Source: a virus
Lineage: Duplodnaviria > Caudoviricetes
DNA: 64,000 bases
Reading direction: 5' to 3' (one strand)
Virus record (IMG/VR): IMGVR_UViG_2765235997_000001
Coordinates: 23,089-87,088 of that record
Under the pieces are notes generated by a model. That model was given only the letters and a program-made list of their open reading frames with translations, did no database searches and was not told the origin of the DNA. Shown piece by piece: positions 46,339 to 55,596 of this stretch (position 1 is the first letter of the stretch; each line of letters begins with the position of its first letter). Both the position numbers and the translations under genes were made by a program.

Positions 46339-46653
46339 TCAGGCCGCCTGCCGGTCGCGGGACCGCCACCGTTCGACGGTCCGCTTGTCGACCCCGACGA
46401 TTCGGGCCACCTCCGCGGCGGGAACCTGGCGTTCGGTCAGGCCGCGGGCGACGAGGACGCGTTCGAGGCGGGTGAGCCCTTCGACCGGCCGCTGCTCGGT
46501 GACGATGAGCTCGACGTCCATCTCGTCGGCGGTGCCCCACTGGGTGAAGTGCGGGTTGCCGTACCGGCTGACCCGGGCCCGGTGGCCGTGGCACAGGCGC
46601 CTCTGGGGCCGGGCGTCCCGGGTGCAGCCGTCGACGCTGCACCGGCGACTCAT
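46339..46653 (-). CDS. Zn-finger plus HTH protein
   Basis: CSVDGC...LCHGH; EVARIVGVDKRTVERWR. Confidence 0.75.
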   Translation of the reverse strand: MSRRCSVDGCTRDARPQRRLCHGHRARVSRYGNPHFTQWGTADEMDVELIVTEQRPVEGLTRLERVLVARGLTERQVPAAEVARIVGVDKRTVERWRSRDRQAA

Positions 46654-46970
46654 GCCGCACTCCGTTCGGCCTCAACGTGCCGGCCCGGGTGAACAGCCCC
46701 GCCGTCGAGGGCCCGCCCGTCGGCGTGGCACGGGACGGTCGGCGTCACCTGGCAGGTGGGGCAGCAGGCCACCATCTGGGCCCGTGCATCAACCCGCTGC
46801 TGGTGAACCTGGGCGAGCACCACACCGCGGGACGGAATCCGGCAGGGCTTGTGGGCGCCGACCCCGCAGTGGGGGCACGGGAGGGCGCGGGCGGGGTGCT
46901 GGCCGGCGCGCATGAAGTGCCGGATGGCGTCGGGCATCGGGGCGGTCTGGCCGTAGCGCTTGCTGGTCAT
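46650..46970 (-). CDS. Tandem Zn-finger protein
   Basis: Two CPxC...PC...H..R repeats. Confidence 0.7.
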   Translation of the reverse strand: MTSKRYGQTAPMPDAIRHFMRAGQHPARALPCPHCGVGAHKPCRIPSRGVVLAQVHQQRVDARAQMVACCPTCQVTPTVPCHADGRALDGGAVHPGRHVEAERSAA

Positions 46971-46985
46971 GGGGTGTCCTTTCGG

Positions 46986-47261
46986 CTAGCAGTTGCTGCA
47001 GTGGCAGGGGGCGTTGTCGTGGCCTTGGCGGTACCGGTCGATCGCCAGGCGCCAATCGGCCTCGGTGTGCCGGATGGGCCGCGGGTCGGGTGGTCTTGTC
47101 CCAACCGGCCAGTGGCCGGGACGGAAGCCGGGCGGCTTCGGGGGTGGGGTGGGCGGGGCGGCCTTCCCAGTTCGGCCGGCGCGGAGCTGGCCGCGCATGA
47201 AGCTGCGGAGGTCGCCCTGCTCTCGCATCGCGGCGATGTCGGAGGCGTCGAAGTCCGTCAC
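46986..47261 (-). CDS. Hypothetical protein
   Basis: GTGA coupling; GAGGAGG RBS. Confidence 0.6.
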   Translation of the reverse strand: MTDFDASDIAAMREQGDLRSFMRGQLRAGRTGKAAPPTPPPKPPGFRPGHWPVGTRPPDPRPIRHTEADWRLAIDRYRQGHDNAPCHCSNC

Positions 47262-48004
47262 GACGCCTCCTCGACGATCTCGGCGTCCGGGATGTTCTCC
47301 TCGGCTTTCAGGCGGGCCAGGGTGCGGGCGGACGCTTCCCGGATCCGCTGTTCCTGCGCAGCCCGCTCCTCAACGGTCTGCTGCGGCTCACCGGCGGCCT
47401 CACGGATACGGGCGGCATGCGGCTTCGGCATCGGCTTGCCGAGAGGGAACTTCGCGCTGGCCCGCCCCGTCTTGCACGGGTGACCCATCGCGGCGGAGCA
47501 CACCGGGCACTCGACACCGAGCGGGCCAGCCCGGCGGACGCCGTCGGCAAGGGACTCCTCGTCCGAGTCCGGGACAGTTCGGTTGCCCTGCCACCCGCGG
47601 TCCTCCAGCTGCCGCATGAAGCCGGCCGACGGGCCACCCTCCAGGGCGAGCCGGTTCGGGGGCGGGGCGACCTGCCCGGAGGCGATGGCCTGCACCTGGC
47701 CCCGGTAGCGGGCCAGGTACTCGTGCGGCGTCTCGTCGGCGATCGGCTGGTACTGAAAGTTCTCCAGCCTTGCGGAACGGATCTTCGAACGGAGAGTCCG
47801 GACGTGGTGCGGCAGGATCCACAGGCGGGCGTCCGGGTCCTTCGGCGGAGTTGAGTAGTACGCGGCAACAGCGGCCTTGGCGTCCTGGTCGAGGGGTACA
47901 TCGTGGAGGGCGGCGGCCCAGGCCATGGCTGCGGCCTCGGAGGGCTTGCGGTTGTCGAACGCCGCGCAGTGACCGAGCAGCGAGGCGGCTTCCTTCTTGT
48001 TCAC
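47258..48004 (-). CDS. Probable helicase loader/inhibitor-like replication accessory protein with Zn finger
   Basis: EAASLL..AAFDNR...AW..AL...A..AV..YY N-domain; directly downstream of rep. Confidence 0.6.
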   Translation of the reverse strand: MNKKEAASLLGHCAAFDNRKPSEAAAMAWAAALHDVPLDQDAKAAVAAYYSTPPKDPDARLWILPHHVRTLRSKIRSARLENFQYQPIADETPHEYLARYRGQVQAIASGQVAPPPNRLALEGGPSAGFMRQLEDRGWQGNRTVPDSDEESLADGVRRAGPLGVECPVCSAAMGHPCKTGRASAKFPLGKPMPKPHAARIREAAGEPQQTVEERAAQEQRIREASARTLARLKAEENIPDAEIVEEAS

Positions 48005-49116
48005 GCGGACTCCTCGTCATCGAAAGAGGCGGCAAGGTCGGCCCAGCCAGCGACGGTCGCGTCGGTGCCCGTGCGGGGCTGGTTGGAGGCGAGCTGGAAG
48101 ACGTTGCCGCCGGCGTAGTTCGGGGCGGCATTCATGGCCTCGTTGACGAAGCTGGGGATGGCGGAGGGGGATGACCCCTTGGCCATCCAGCGAGCCAGGC
48201 CCTTGCGGATGTCGTCGGGGTCGATGCCCTCACCCAGGAGCGCCTTGATCTGCTTGGAGGTCTGCCCGATGACGTTGTTAGGCGGACGCTTGTTCACCCG
48301 ATCCAGCCACTCTCCGACGATGGTCTGGGCGTTGATCGGCTCAGGGGTTTCGGGGGCGGCTTCTGCCGCTCCGACGAAGTCGGAATCACTGACGACGATG
48401 AGCTCGTCTTGGCCATCCGCCTCAGCCGACCCCTCTTGTGTGGGGGTGGGGAGTGGGGCAGGGGTAGGGGCAGGGGCAGGGGAATGCGCGTGTGATGTGG
48501 GCGCGCGCCCGCGCGTAGAGCCTTTCGGACCCCCTTCGGCAGGGGTATCGGAGGGGGTTCCCGAAGGGGATGCAGAGGGGGTTACGGAACCCCTTCCTGT
48601 GGGGTCGGGGGTGGGGGTCCCGAAGGCCCGGCGAAGGTCTTCGATGTGGCTCTGCACCTGGCGTCGGATCGACGGCCCCTCGCCGCCGGCCCGGAGCTTC
48701 GTCGGCTCGTCGTTCAGCTCGCCGAGGGGGATGCGGTCCATCTCGGCGAGCAGCGCCTGCTGGAGCCGCTTCGACGAGATTTCCAGAGCCCCGGACACCG
48801 CGGCGCCCATGACCTTCGGCATGCGCCACACGCCGTCGTTGCGGATGAACGACCGAATGAGGAGCTCCTCCGTGTCGTCGTCCACGACGATGAACCGCGC
48901 CTGCTCCAGGGCGTGGATGCGCTTCTCCAGCTCGCCCACGGACAGACCCCGCGCCTTGCGGGACCAGCGCCGGAGCGTGAGGTCGAGCAGGCCAGCGTGG
49001 TTGAGGTTCGGCTGGGAGATCAGGAACAGGTAGAGGCGCTGTTTGGCCTCATCGAGTTCCGTGAAGTCGGTGTCCTCCCAGATGCTGGTGAGGATCCGGC
49101 CGTGGCCACGTGCCAT
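48001..49116 (-). CDS. Phage replication initiator (RepA-like)
   Basis: IWEDTDF..L...QRLYLFLISQP.L..AG N-domain; repeat-encoded linker. Confidence 0.78.
   Translation of the reverse strand: MARGHGRILTSIWEDTDFTELDEAKQRLYLFLISQPNLNHAGLLDLTLRRWSRKARGLSVGELEKRIHALEQARFIVVDDDTEELLIRSFIRNDGVWRMPKVMGAAVSGALEISSKRLQQALLAEMDRIPLGELNDEPTKLRAGGEGPSIRRQVQSHIEDLRRAFGTPTPDPTGRGSVTPSASPSGTPSDTPAEGGPKGSTRGRAPTSHAHSPAPAPTPAPLPTPTQEGSAEADGQDELIVVSDSDFVGAAEAAPETPEPINAQTIVGEWLDRVNKRPPNNVIGQTSKQIKALLGEGIDPDDIRKGLARWMAKGSSPSAIPSFVNEAMNAAPNYAGGNVFQLASNQPRTGTDATVAGWADLAASFDDEESA
48539..48597. repeat. 12-bp tandem iterons inside rep (putative phage origin)
   Basis: GCAGGGGTATCG GAGGGGGTTCCC GAAGGGGATGCA GAGGGGGTTACG, then inverted GAACCCCTTCC. 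Confidence 0.6.
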
Positions 49117-49212
49117 GGGGTCGTCTTCTTCCTGGCGATACGGATAGGTACGGGCTGTCAGCGGTGTGGGGCCCGCGGTTGGGTCAGGTGGGGGCGGGGT
49201 CCGGGCGGGGCG

Positions 49213-50220
49213 TCACGCGGCGGCCAGCTGGTGTGCGGGCTGGGTGATGCCTGCGGCCTGGAGGAGGTCGGCGGCGAAGGGGACGGGTACGGCGTTGCCG
49301 ACCTGGAGGTGCTGGGAGCCGGCGAGCCCGTGGAACTTCAGGTCCGGGCGGAAGCCCTGGAGGGCGGCGCACTCGGCGACCGTCGGGCGGAGGTTCGGCT
49401 TCGGCTCCTTGCCGGCGGCGAGTTCTCTGGCGGTGGGCTTGCGGAGCGGAACGTCGCGGTCGCGCCAGAGCTGCTTCCCGTTGTCGTCGACCGCACCTAT
49501 GGCCTTGGCCATCGCCTGCCGTGTCCCGTTGCCGAAGGGTTCGGCGCCACCGGTTGCGGTGCCTCCACCGGTGACGGTGGGTGCGGGGCGTTGGGTGTAG
49601 CCCCAGCCGATGACGTCGGCCATGGGAACGAGTGGGGGTTGGCCGAGTCCGCCGTGGGTGCGTGGGGGCAGGGCGACTTCCTGGGCGTGGGAGGCGATAA
49701 GGACGGCGCGGGGCCGGTGCTGGCCGAGGCCGCGGTGGGCGGGGTCGAGGACGCCGGTGGCGGTGCTGTATCCCCAACGGGTGAGGATTTCGGCGTACTG
49801 CTCCCAGACGGGGAGGACGGACGGGACTTGTTCCATGGCGATGGCTTCGGGCATCAGGTCGTAGTGCCACCGCATGGGCTCGGCGGTGAGGATGGACCGC
49901 CAGTCGAGGCAGGCGGCCCCGATGGCGGCCCGGGTGTCCATGCCGCGGGAGAGGTCTTCGATGGCTTGGTGGACGAGGGGCAGGTCCCGGAGGCCGAGCT
50001 GCTTGCCGGACCGCCCGAAGCCGGGGCAGGGCGGGCTGTCAACCTTGTTGATGCGCTGCCCCTTGAAGGGGTACGTCGGGAAGGTGGTGACGTCCCAGCG
50101 GATCGTGTCGTGACCAGCGTTGATGCGGGTGCGGCAGGTGTCGGTGTTGAGCTCAAGGCCGATCTCGTCTGCAGGGAGGGCTTCGGACCAGCCGATCCCT
50201 GCGAAGCCGTGGACGATCAT
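49213..50220 (-). CDS. DNA (cytosine-5) methyltransferase, orphan
   Basis: FAGIG, SPPCPGF, MEQVP, QHRPR, QGF, QVGNAVP. Confidence 0.88.
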   Translation of the reverse strand: MIVHGFAGIGWSEALPADEIGLELNTDTCRTRINAGHDTIRWDVTTFPTYPFKGQRINKVDSPPCPGFGRSGKQLGLRDLPLVHQAIEDLSRGMDTRAAIGAACLDWRSILTAEPMRWHYDLMPEAIAMEQVPSVLPVWEQYAEILTRWGYSTATGVLDPAHRGLGQHRPRAVLIASHAQEVALPPRTHGGLGQPPLVPMADVIGWGYTQRPAPTVTGGGTATGGAEPFGNGTRQAMAKAIGAVDDNGKQLWRDRDVPLRKPTARELAAGKEPKPNLRPTVAECAALQGFRPDLKFHGLAGSQHLQVGNAVPVPFAADLLQAAGITQPAHQLAAA

Positions 50221-50375
50221 TTCGCCTCACCTATTTGGGTCGTGGCGGCATTGGTAATTGGGATCACTGCTATTGCGATCCCGTGTTCACGAGAACGAGA
50301 ATAGCGTTCACACTTCGCGACCACAAGGCGCGGCCACGTAGCGCGTTCGCGTTGCGGTGTGTCACCATGAGCGGC

Positions 50376-50630
50376 ATGGACGCCCTCGACACGGAGATTC
50401 AGAACGCAGCCCGCCGGCGCACGGAAGCCGAGCGGGCGTTCCTGCGCGCCGACCTGGAGCTCAAAGAGCTGCTGGTGAAGGGCCGCGCGGCTGGTCTGGG
50501 TCCGTCCGAGATGGCGAAGTTGACCGGCTTCACCCGCGAGTGGGTTTCGAAGATCGCCCCCGACGCTTCGAAGACCCGCAAGAGCGCGATCCAGCGCCGG
50601 CTCGACAAGCTCGACGCCGACTCGGACTAA
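50376..50630 (+). CDS. Small HTH protein divergent from the methyltransferase
   Basis: GLGPSEMAKLTGFTREWVSKI; followed by hairpin 50652-50667 plus TTTT. Confidence 0.72.
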   Translation: MDALDTEIQNAARRRTEAERAFLRADLELKELLVKGRAAGLGPSEMAKLTGFTREWVSKIAPDASKTRKSAIQRRLDKLDADSD

Positions 50631-50713
50631 CGTCACGTCCCCTCCTCCCTCCCCCGCCATGGCGGGGTTTTGTCGTGCCTGTGGGCGGGCCACGTGTGGT
50701 GGCCCGCCCGTTG

Positions 50714-50941
50714 TCATGCGGCCTGCTGATTCATGCGTCGGCGCTGGTTGCGGGTGGTGCCGCCCCAGATGCCGTGGTCTTCACCGGCGGTGAGCGCGTG
50801 GTCGAGGCAGCGGCGTTTCACGGGGCAGCCGACGCAGACCTTGATGGCGTTGCCAGCGCCACCGCCTTCGGGGAAGAAGATCTCCGGGTCCGTGGTCTGG
50901 CAGATGCCTTCTTCGTGCCACGCCATGTCGATGTCGCTCAT
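50714..50941 (-). CDS. whiB: WhiB-family transcription factor
   Basis: C..TDPEIFFP...C..CPV...C...GIWGGTT. Confidence 0.93.
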   Translation of the reverse strand: MSDIDMAWHEEGICQTTDPEIFFPEGGGAGNAIKVCVGCPVKRRCLDHALTAGEDHGIWGGTTRNQRRRMNQQAA

Positions 50942-51900
50942 GCCGCCGCCTCGCTCTCGCACGGCGCCGGGTGTCGGCGGAGTTCGTGGTGGAGGTAGGG
51001 GAGGGTGATCCCGAGCCGTTCGGCGGCGTGCTCGAAGGTGTGCCCCTGGGCGAGAAGTTCCCGGCCGTCGTGGGCGATGGACTCCCCGCGGCGGGATGCG
51101 CTGGCCCGTGATGCGCTGAGCGCGGTCATGAACTCGGAGCGGGGCAAGTGGTTGTGCTCGTTCTTCCACTGGGTGTGGGCCTGGTCGCACGCCTTGCAGA
51201 CGGGGATGTCCTGCTGCCGGTGGGTCCACCACCCGCGGTCGGTGCCGCAGTACCCGGTCCACTCCGGAGCGGCTTGCGGATCGTCGATCGTGTCGTCGTC
51301 CCATGCGGCCGGCGGGGCCCACCCTCGGGTGATCGCCCGGTTGATGGACCGGCGGGCGGACCCCGGCCGACCGGCAAGTTCCTTGTAGACACGCTGGGCG
51401 GAGCGGGCGGTGTCGACGGCGACGGCGGGCCGGCGTCCGCACACGGTGTTGCTGAGCGCGGTGCGGGCCATGCCCATGGCGTCGGCGATGTCGGCGAGCG
51501 AGTGCCCGATGGCCATGAGGGCTTGGACGCGGCGCACGGTGCCGATGGCCGAAACTTTGGTGGTTCCGGGCACGGTGGCGAGGGTGGGCCGGGCCTTGAG
51601 GATGCGGTCGGCGAGATCCTTCTTGATGGTCTTGTTGACCTGCGCCCGGAGGTCGAGGATGGTGCGCTCGGCGCATCCGGCTGCGGCGGCGATCTGCCCG
51701 ACAGTCCAGCCGGCGGCGGCAAGGTTCTGGACGTGCTCGGCGGCGGGGCCGGGCGGGACGCGGCGTGCGCCCCCTCGTTCACGGTCGAGCCGGTAGCGGC
51801 TCATGTACCGGTAGTGGGCGTTCAGGCATTCAGGGCGCCGGCAGCCGCGGAGGTAGCAGCGGCGCTCCCCGTGCTGAACGGGGGTGCGGGTGGTGGTCAT
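50938..51900 (-). CDS. Multi-HTH DNA-binding protein
   Basis: HG...Y..GCR...C N-terminus; RRVQALMAIGHS..IA; WAPPAAWDD. Confidence 0.75.
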   Translation of the reverse strand: MTTTRTPVQHGERRCYLRGCRRPECLNAHYRYMSRYRLDRERGGARRVPPGPAAEHVQNLAAAGWTVGQIAAAAGCAERTILDLRAQVNKTIKKDLADRILKARPTLATVPGTTKVSAIGTVRRVQALMAIGHSLADIADAMGMARTALSNTVCGRRPAVAVDTARSAQRVYKELAGRPGSARRSINRAITRGWAPPAAWDDDTIDDPQAAPEWTGYCGTDRGWWTHRQQDIPVCKACDQAHTQWKNEHNHLPRSEFMTALSASRASASRRGESIAHDGRELLAQGHTFEHAAERLGITLPYLHHELRRHPAPCESEAAA

Positions 51901-52238
51901 CGTTCTTCCCCCTCGTTGGCGAGGTCTGCGGCGGTGTACTTGGCGTTGAGGTCGGCGATCAGGTGGTGTGTGGGCATGGCGGTGACGGCGTCGGCGATGT
52001 ACTCGATGCGGCTGTCGCGCAGGTTGCGGGCGGCGTAGTAGGTGCGGTCGGCCCGGTCCTGGGCCAGCTGCTCGTAGCGGCGGAGCGCCCACTGCCCGGT
52101 GCGCCAGGCGGTGACGACCGCGGCGGTGGCCAGAACGCCCGGCCCGTAGTAGAGGCCCGCGTTGATGGTCTGGTCGACGGCGCCGTGGACCGCGGCGAGC
52201 GCCTGACCGGCGGCGAGAAGGGTGTCGAAGTCGGTCAC
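51897..52238 (-). CDS. Hypothetical protein (possible TM)
   Basis: Coupled at both ends. Confidence 0.55.
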   Translation of the reverse strand: MTDFDTLLAAGQALAAVHGAVDQTINAGLYYGPGVLATAAVVTAWRTGQWALRRYEQLAQDRADRTYYAARNLRDSRIEYIADAVTAMPTHHLIADLNAKYTAADLANEGEER

Positions 52239-52684
52239 AGCGCCCACCGCCTCGTGGGGATTCCAGCCTTGGCGAGCCGGCGGAGGCAGTCGGCGGTTCC
52301 GGTGGACTGCCCGACCTGGAAGGCCAGGGCGATGAGCGGGCGGCGGTCGATCATGTTCTGGTTGCGGCGGTGTCCGGCGAGCGGGCAGTACTCGGTGTCG
52401 TCGCGCCGGGTCTTCCGGTGACCGGTCGGGCAGGTGTCGACGCAGGGGCCTTCCCAGTCGGCTTCGACGGGCAGGTGACCGACACCGTGCTCGAAGCGGG
52501 CCTTCGCCCAGTCACCGCATATGCGGTCGGCGCCGGGTGCGGTGCCTTCCATGACTTCGATGCCGGAGTAGCCGTTCTGGCGGGCGTCGTGCCACACCTC
52601 GGTGAGGGCGGTGTCGATGGTGGTGCGGTCGGTCCAGGTACGGGAGCCGAGACCGAGAATGAGGGCGAGGTAGGGGCCGTTCAT
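52235..52684 (-). CDS. SLOG-family (YspA/DUF2493-like) protein
   Basis: GSR.W.D, G.A.GAD, AGHRRNQNM, STGTADC. Confidence 0.82.
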   Translation of the reverse strand: MNGPYLALILGLGSRTWTDRTTIDTALTEVWHDARQNGYSGIEVMEGTAPGADRICGDWAKARFEHGVGHLPVEADWEGPCVDTCPTGHRKTRRDDTEYCPLAGHRRNQNMIDRRPLIALAFQVGQSTGTADCLRRLAKAGIPTRRWAL

Positions 52685-53049
52685 GCCGCCCTCCCCTGGG
52701 CTCGGGCCCGCCGCTGGGCGGCAACCTCGGACCCCTTGATCGACAGTCGCCACACCGCAATGGGGTGCCCGTGGGTGGCCTGGCTGGTGGACGGCACGTA
52801 CCGCCCGGTGTGCTCGATGAGCCCGCCCTGCCGCATGGCGTTGATCGCGGCACCAAGGAACCCGTGGCCCAACTCGGGGAGGAGCGTGCGCATCTGGTTG
52901 CAGCTGAAGGTCTGCTCGTTGAGGGCGACGGCGTACACGGCCTGCTCAACAAGGAACTGGGTCCACGTGGACTGGTTGGCTATGTCGGTGAGGAGGAGGT
53001 CTTTGGTGGCGGCGGCGTGGCGTTCGGCGACGGACAGGCGGCGGGTCAT
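52681..53049 (-). CDS. Hypothetical protein (possible wHTH)
   Basis: Coupled at both ends. Confidence 0.65.
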   Translation of the reverse strand: MTRRLSVAERHAAATKDLLLTDIANQSTWTQFLVEQAVYAVALNEQTFSCNQMRTLLPELGHGFLGAAINAMRQGGLIEHTGRYVPSTSQATHGHPIAVWRLSIKGSEVAAQRRARAQGRAA

Positions 53050-53273
53050 GAGGGGTACTCCTCATCGAGGCGGTCGTCGTCGACTTCGGACTGCTGGTCG
53101 TACTCGGCGGCGGCGATGAGCTTCTGGCCGAGCGCCTCGGCTTCGTCGGCGGTCATGCGGACTCTGCCGAGTGGCGTGGTGACGTAGATGAAGGTCATGC
53201 CGATTTCCGTGCCGGGGATTTGCTCGCCGGCGATGTACACGTCGAAGGTCCCGGTTTGCGGCGAAGTGGTCAT
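53046..53273 (-). CDS. Hypothetical protein (75 aa)
   Basis: GGAG RBS; ATGA coupling. Confidence 0.6.
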   Translation of the reverse strand: MTTSPQTGTFDVYIAGEQIPGTEIGMTFIYVTTPLGRVRMTADEAEALGQKLIAAAEYDQQSEVDDDRLDEEYPS

Positions 53274-53974
53274 GACGCGATCTCCAGTTGGCGGGGGATG
53301 AGTGGCCAGGCGCCTTCGACGACGGCGGCCGGGTCCTTCTTGCGGAAGTGCTCCTGCAAGCTCGCGGCCTGTTCGGCGGCCCACCCGACCTGCGCGGTGT
53401 GCAACTCGTCGAGGGTCATGGCGGCGAGCTGCGAGTACCGGCTGGCCTGCCTCCACGCGACCCGGCAGGCGGCGACCGCGTCCGCGTCGGCGGAGTGGGC
53501 GGCGTCGAGACGAACCTCGTAGTGCTGGCACAGGGCGGTGAGGGTGCGCTTCCCGGATCGGTACCGGTCGACCTGCCTGTCGAGCACGAGCGGGTCGATG
53601 ACCGGGCCGGCGGGCAACGGGTCCAGGCCGAACCGGGCGGCTTCCCGGTCGAGGAGGGTGACGTCGTAGCGGGCGTTCATTGCGACGACGGGGATCCCGG
53701 CGAGGATGACCTGGGTGAGCCCGGCGAGGATCTCCGCGACGGCTTCCTTCAGGGGGACACCCTCGGTGCGGGCCTTCTCGGTGCTGATGCCGTGGACCGC
53801 GGCAGCCCCGGCGGGAATGTCTTCGCCGTCGACGTCGGTCAGCCAGTTCGCCGTGGTGGTGGGCTGCTGGCCGCCGACCTGGACGATGCAGGCGGTGACG
53901 ATGCGGGCGGTCTCGGGGTCGATGCCCGTCGACTCGATATCGAAGCCGGCCATGCGGCCGAGGTGCCATGCCAT
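53270..53974 (-). CDS. DnaQ-like (DEDDh) 3'-5' exonuclease
   Basis: FDIESTG, VHGIS, NARYD, AHSADAD. Confidence 0.92.
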   Translation of the reverse strand: MAWHLGRMAGFDIESTGIDPETARIVTACIVQVGGQQPTTTANWLTDVDGEDIPAGAAAVHGISTEKARTEGVPLKEAVAEILAGLTQVILAGIPVVAMNARYDVTLLDREAARFGLDPLPAGPVIDPLVLDRQVDRYRSGKRTLTALCQHYEVRLDAAHSADADAVAACRVAWRQASRYSQLAAMTLDELHTAQVGWAAEQAASLQEHFRKKDPAAVVEGAWPLIPRQLEIAS

Positions 53975-54054
53975 GACGTGCTTCCTTCCGTGTGACGTGC
54001 TGGAGGTGGGGCCGCCGCAGGTTCGGGCCGCGGCGGCCCCGACGTGCAGGTGGG

Positions 54055-54690
54055 CTAGAACGGGACGTCGGCGGGGTCCGGGGAGTCGCCCGGGACGAGC
54101 GGCCGGTGGAAGATGTAGATCGCGTCGAGGGACGACGTGGACCCGGTGGTCTTGCAGTGCATGAGCGGCCCCTGGTCGAACTCGCCGGTCCATTCCCAGG
54201 TGTTGCCGTCGCGGTCGATCCACGGCCGGCTCAGGTCCCAGGTGGTTCCGCCGAGGTCGGTCCACTTCTTCGTGACTGGGTTGACCTGGTCGTGTGGCCC
54301 GATCCATGCCTGCCGCGGGTCGATGTGACGTTCTTCGAGCCGCTCGTCGACTGCCTGGTCGATGTTCATCCCGTAGGCGTCGAGTTCCTTGGTGAGGTCG
54401 CGGGCGGATCGCCACGAGTAGAGGTCTTGGCGGCCGAGGTTGTCGGCGACGTGATCGACGACGATGCGCCGCATGTTGGCCAGGTCGTTGCGGAGCTTGG
54501 TGTTGGCGTCGCGGAGGTCGGCGAGGGTTGCCGCGTTGTCTTCGCCGCGGGCAAGGGTGGCGTGGACCTGGGCCATGCGGAGGTGGTAGTCGGTGGCGAC
54601 CGGGTCGGCCGGGTGCGCCGTGTCGGGGCTGGTGACAAAGGAGCCCTGGCTGAGGTGCTTCTCGGCTTCGGCCCTGTGGTTGACGGTCAT
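54055..54690 (-). CDS. Protein with phiSA1p31-like C-terminal domain
   Basis: WDLSRPWIDRDGNTWEWTG..QGPLM...HRPL. Confidence 0.65.
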   Translation of the reverse strand: MTVNHRAEAEKHLSQGSFVTSPDTAHPADPVATDYHLRMAQVHATLARGEDNAATLADLRDANTKLRNDLANMRRIVVDHVADNLGRQDLYSWRSARDLTKELDAYGMNIDQAVDERLEERHIDPRQAWIGPHDQVNPVTKKWTDLGGTTWDLSRPWIDRDGNTWEWTGEFDQGPLMHCKTTGSTSSLDAIYIFHRPLVPGDSPDPADVPF

Positions 54691-54759
54691 GTTCGTGGTC
54701 TCCTATCGGGAGGCCACCCCGCCTGTTAGCGGCGGGCGGGGTGACCGTGCGGGAATGGG

Positions 54760-55596
54760 TCAGGCGGCGACGGCCGCGTGGAGCCGGGCGGCGAGGTCGC
54801 GTATGGCCTGTGCGGAAACGTGCTCGACGGGGGCGCCGAGCTCTTCGTGGGCGAGGGCCTCGATGTCGTCGATCCCCTGCTGCCGGCCGAAGTCGCGGAG
54901 CTCCTGGAGGGCGGCGGAGTGCTCGTCGTCCGTATCGACGTCCACCACGCCGGAGGTGGGCTCGGGCTGCTGCGGGACGGGGGCCGGGGCGGTGAGGGCA
55001 GCGACGCTCAGCGGCGCCTTCGCTGGGGCGATCTCGCCGTGGACGTACCCGTCGACCTCCTCGGCCGCATACGGCAGGCCATGAAGGGCGTCCGACGCGA
55101 TCAGCCGGCACAGCTCCCCCGTGGCGCGGGCGATCAGCATCGTCTTCGGCTGCTTCTTCCACTGGTCCTTGCCGAGGAGCCCTAGGCGCTGGGCGCGGGG
55201 GATGTCCCAGGTGACGGCCTGCCAGTTCTCGGCGCCCTTGCGCCGGCCGCGCATGACGCAGTGGTTGTCGTCGGACTCGACGAGCTCGATGTCGTGGCCC
55301 TGGTGCTGGACGATGGCGCGCATGGCGTGGGCGCGGAGGGCGGGCTGCCCCTGGATGACGTCGATGCTCTTGAGGGCGGTCATGGGCTGGAGGCCGAGTT
55401 CCTGGCCGGTGAGGATCGCGGCGGTGATCTCGTCGGGCTTGCCGCGGTAGGCGCCGGCGAAGCTGGTGTTGGCGAGGGACTGGGCGACGAGGTTGGCCTG
55501 CCGGGCGGACTCCACCCATTCCATGAGCTCGTTGGTCGGCTGCGGCGCCGGGACGGCGACGGCCTGCTCGTCGCGGGTGGCGATCTCGTTCGTCAT
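54760..55596 (-). CDS. RecT-like ssDNA annealing protein
   Basis: GQELGLQPM..L..I.VIQGQP...W...P..ML.ARA; paired with exonuclease. Confidence 0.75.
   Translation of the reverse strand: MTNEIATRDEQAVAVPAPQPTNELMEWVESARQANLVAQSLANTSFAGAYRGKPDEITAAILTGQELGLQPMTALKSIDVIQGQPALRAHAMRAIVQHQGHDIELVESDDNHCVMRGRRKGAENWQAVTWDIPRAQRLGLLGKDQWKKQPKTMLIARATGELCRLIASDALHGLPYAAEEVDGYVHGEIAPAKAPLSVAALTAPAPVPQQPEPTSGVVDVDTDDEHSAALQELRDFGRQQGIDDIEALAHEELGAPVEHVSAQAIRDLAARLHAAVAA

Noticed and set aside
46091-46339. TGATG-coupled 82-aa low-complexity ORF
   Set aside because: Plausible filler, but composition gives no positive evidence of coding
49213-50630. Methyltransferase plus HTH as a restriction-modification system
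   Set aside because: No adjacent endonuclease; the PD-(D/E)XK gene is about 10 kb away in another unit
53270-55519. 749-aa ORF in the track
   Set aside because: Only the last 234 aa (DnaQ-like) are credible; the rest overlaps real genes in other frames
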